Shown here in pieces: positions 43,257-44,590 of a stretch of DNA of 44,590 nt. Location: positions 1 to 44,590 of the forward strand of contig JAITOZ010000008.1 in assembly GCA_031289675.1 (NCBI GenBank), given 5' to 3'. Every line of letters starts with the position of its first letter. Within the stretch, counting starts at the first letter, position 1. Below the pieces are notes generated by a model, which made no database searches, was not told the DNA's origin, and saw nothing but the letters and a program-made list of their open reading frames with translations. This stretch comes from Planctomycetaceae bacterium. GTDB lineage: Bacteria; Planctomycetota; Planctomycetia; Pirellulales; Thermoguttaceae. Made by a program: the position numbers and the translations under genes.

Positions 43257-44590
43257 CTAATCTATCCAACGCCGCTGGTGCAAATACCATTCGGCGGTTA
43301 TCAGGGCTAATGCGGCTAATGTCAGGTAAAACCAAAGCGGATACGCCGCAGCACCGGCGGTTTCGTCTGCTGGCGGTTGAGCGTAAAACGAATCATCGGC
43401 AAGACGCAGATTGCTTTCCCTGCTTGCCGCATTACCGCCTGACACCTGCGGCGGCGGCTGTGCTGTCAATGCCGATAATATGTTCGCCGCCAAAATCGGA
43501 AACGCCGTCTGCATTACGAGACCGCCCCGATTCAAATCCACCGTTAAAACAAAAGCGTTGCCGATACGCAGCAATAACGGATACTCGTCCGGCGTTTGCG
43601 CTAATATCTGAACATTCGCTGATGTGTTCTTCACAGCAGCGGGTATAACACGTCTCGCTCCGCTCCAAACGGTATTTTGTATTTTAATAGAGGATAACAC
43701 GTTTTGCGAATCATCCGGCACAACGCAAATCGGCTTTTCTAATTCCGCTCCCGTCTTGAACAGATTACAATCGCTGCGGGGGTCGATAATCCAAATACCG
43801 CCCTTCGGCAGTATTGACGGAACGGTTTGATGAATAACCAATACACTGTTTTCCGGCAACTCTGCCGGCAATTCTTTTGCATCCTGAATCCGTTTAATGT
43901 CAACGTTTGCCTGAACCTGCAACACCTGATTCAGAAAAAAATTGTCCGCTCCGAAAAGATATACCGTTTGCTTCGGGTATTTTTGCAGCACGGCAGTTGC
44001 GGTATTATCTGCCGGTAAAACATCGTCAACCGGCAGCGTTACCCGAAACGTTTCTTCGTCCGCTGAAATACCGCTGACAATTTTCGTAACAGGAACGTTC
44101 GGCTCTAATTTAACAGGAATCACATCAACAATGCGCCAGCCGTTTTCCGTTTTCCGTTCAATTTCCAACCGGCTTTCAACGCTTGCGGTTCCAAAGTTTT
44201 CGGCAGTTATCAGGATTTCATAACCGGCAGTTGCGTCAAAAGTCCGGCGGGGCTGAAATGCTGTTACAGCCGTATTGTCCGCCGGTTCGCCGATGGGAAC
44301 AAATTTCAGCCGGTTCGCTGCGGCAATTTGGTCTTTGTAACATCCGTCAGTATAAATGATTATCAGCGAATCTGTTTCACCGGCAATCAGTTCTTCGGCA
44401 AGTTTAACGGCTTCAGACATTGCGGCTTCTTCATCGGACGGTTCAATAGAATCAACCGCTCTGCGTAATGAACCGGTATTGTCCGTGAATCCGCAAACGA
44501 TTTTCGGCGTATTTCCCGCCGCAATGATTGCCGTTTTTCTCTGTGATAAGTTTGCCTTTAATTTTTGTTTCGCTTTTTGGAGACGTGTTA
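43257..44590 (-). CDS. BatA-like von Willebrand factor A (VWA) domain membrane protein, 5' end beyond the window
   Basis: The frame stays open to the window edge. The upstream residues ...TAIIAAGNTPKIVCGFTDNTGSLRRAVDSIEPS...DSLIIIYTDG match the end of a VWA fold. The C-terminal TM is YPLWFYLTLAALALITAEWYLHQRRW. Confidence 0.65.
   Translation of the reverse strand, partial: TRLQKAKQKLKANLSQRKTAIIAAGNTPKIVCGFTDNTGSLRRAVDSIEPSDEEAAMSEAVKLAEELIAGETDSLIIIYTDGCYKDQIAAANRLKFVPIGEPADNTAVTAFQPRRTFDATAGYEILITAENFGTASVESRLEIERKTENGWRIVDVIPVKLEPNVPVTKIVSGISADEETFRVTLPVDDVLPADNTATAVLQKYPKQTVYLFGADNFFLNQVLQVQANVDIKRIQDAKELPAELPENSVLVIHQTVPSILPKGGIWIIDPRSDCNLFKTGAELEKPICVVPDDSQNVLSSIKIQNTVWSGARRVIPAAVKNTSANVQILAQTPDEYPLLLRIGNAFVLTVDLNRGGLVMQTAFPILAANILSALTAQPPPQVSGGNAASRESNLRLADDSFYAQPPADETAGAAAYPLWFYLTLAALALITAEWYLHQRRWID

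Noticed and set aside
1-44590. CRISPR arrays, rRNA and tRNA genes
   Set aside because: I saw no regularly spaced 25-40-nt repeats. The only short-period repeats are the heptamer arrays at 12725-12839 and a 15-nt coding repeat at 20746-20790. No intergenic region has a tRNA cloverleaf or rRNA-like sequence.

Overview
This 44.6-kb chromosomal window most likely comes from a Planctomycetota genome, possibly Phycisphaerae-like. That placement is an inference from three things: DUF1559 / H-X9-D(G/A) prepilin-type proteins with a paired lipoprotein, an orphan GspG pseudopilin, and giant membrane proteins with weak or absent Shine-Dalgarno sites.

The backbone is housekeeping: a Zn-ribbon/Ser-Thr kinase/TPR/WD40 protein, RseP, a GNAT, a sulfatase-like protein, an FAD oxidoreductase, an RluA-like synthase, a fused MetX-MetW, an SDR, ProS, a corrinoid protein plus MetF-type reductase, a rhomboid, HemL and a SulP transporter.

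Accessory or unusual patches, in order:
1. A ~160-bp promoter/leader repeat shared by two DUF1559 paralogs (1-161 and 14203-14362). In the complete copy a (CT)5 tract puts the ATG out of frame.
2. A 96-bp MITE-like palindromic element separating a small LigD_N-like gene from its in-frame ATG.
3. A 115-bp intergenic structure made of inverted heptamer arrays.
4. A patch of gene fragments at 14.4-14.75 kb, including a ~92% identical copy of a 109-nt piece of the nearby metX gene.
5. An AT-rich BcgI-like (type IIB) restriction-modification island.
6. Toxin-antitoxin remnants.
7. The best candidate for an undescribed system: two translationally coupled giant genes (32.1-43.2 kb, 1,146 + 2,544 aa). 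They appear to consist of three ~1,150-aa modules with the same predicted topology and no domain I recognise. They converge on a BatA-like VWA gene.

I found no rRNA, tRNA or CRISPR array. All coordinates, identities and motif calls were made by eye from the sequence and the ORF track. No database search was run.
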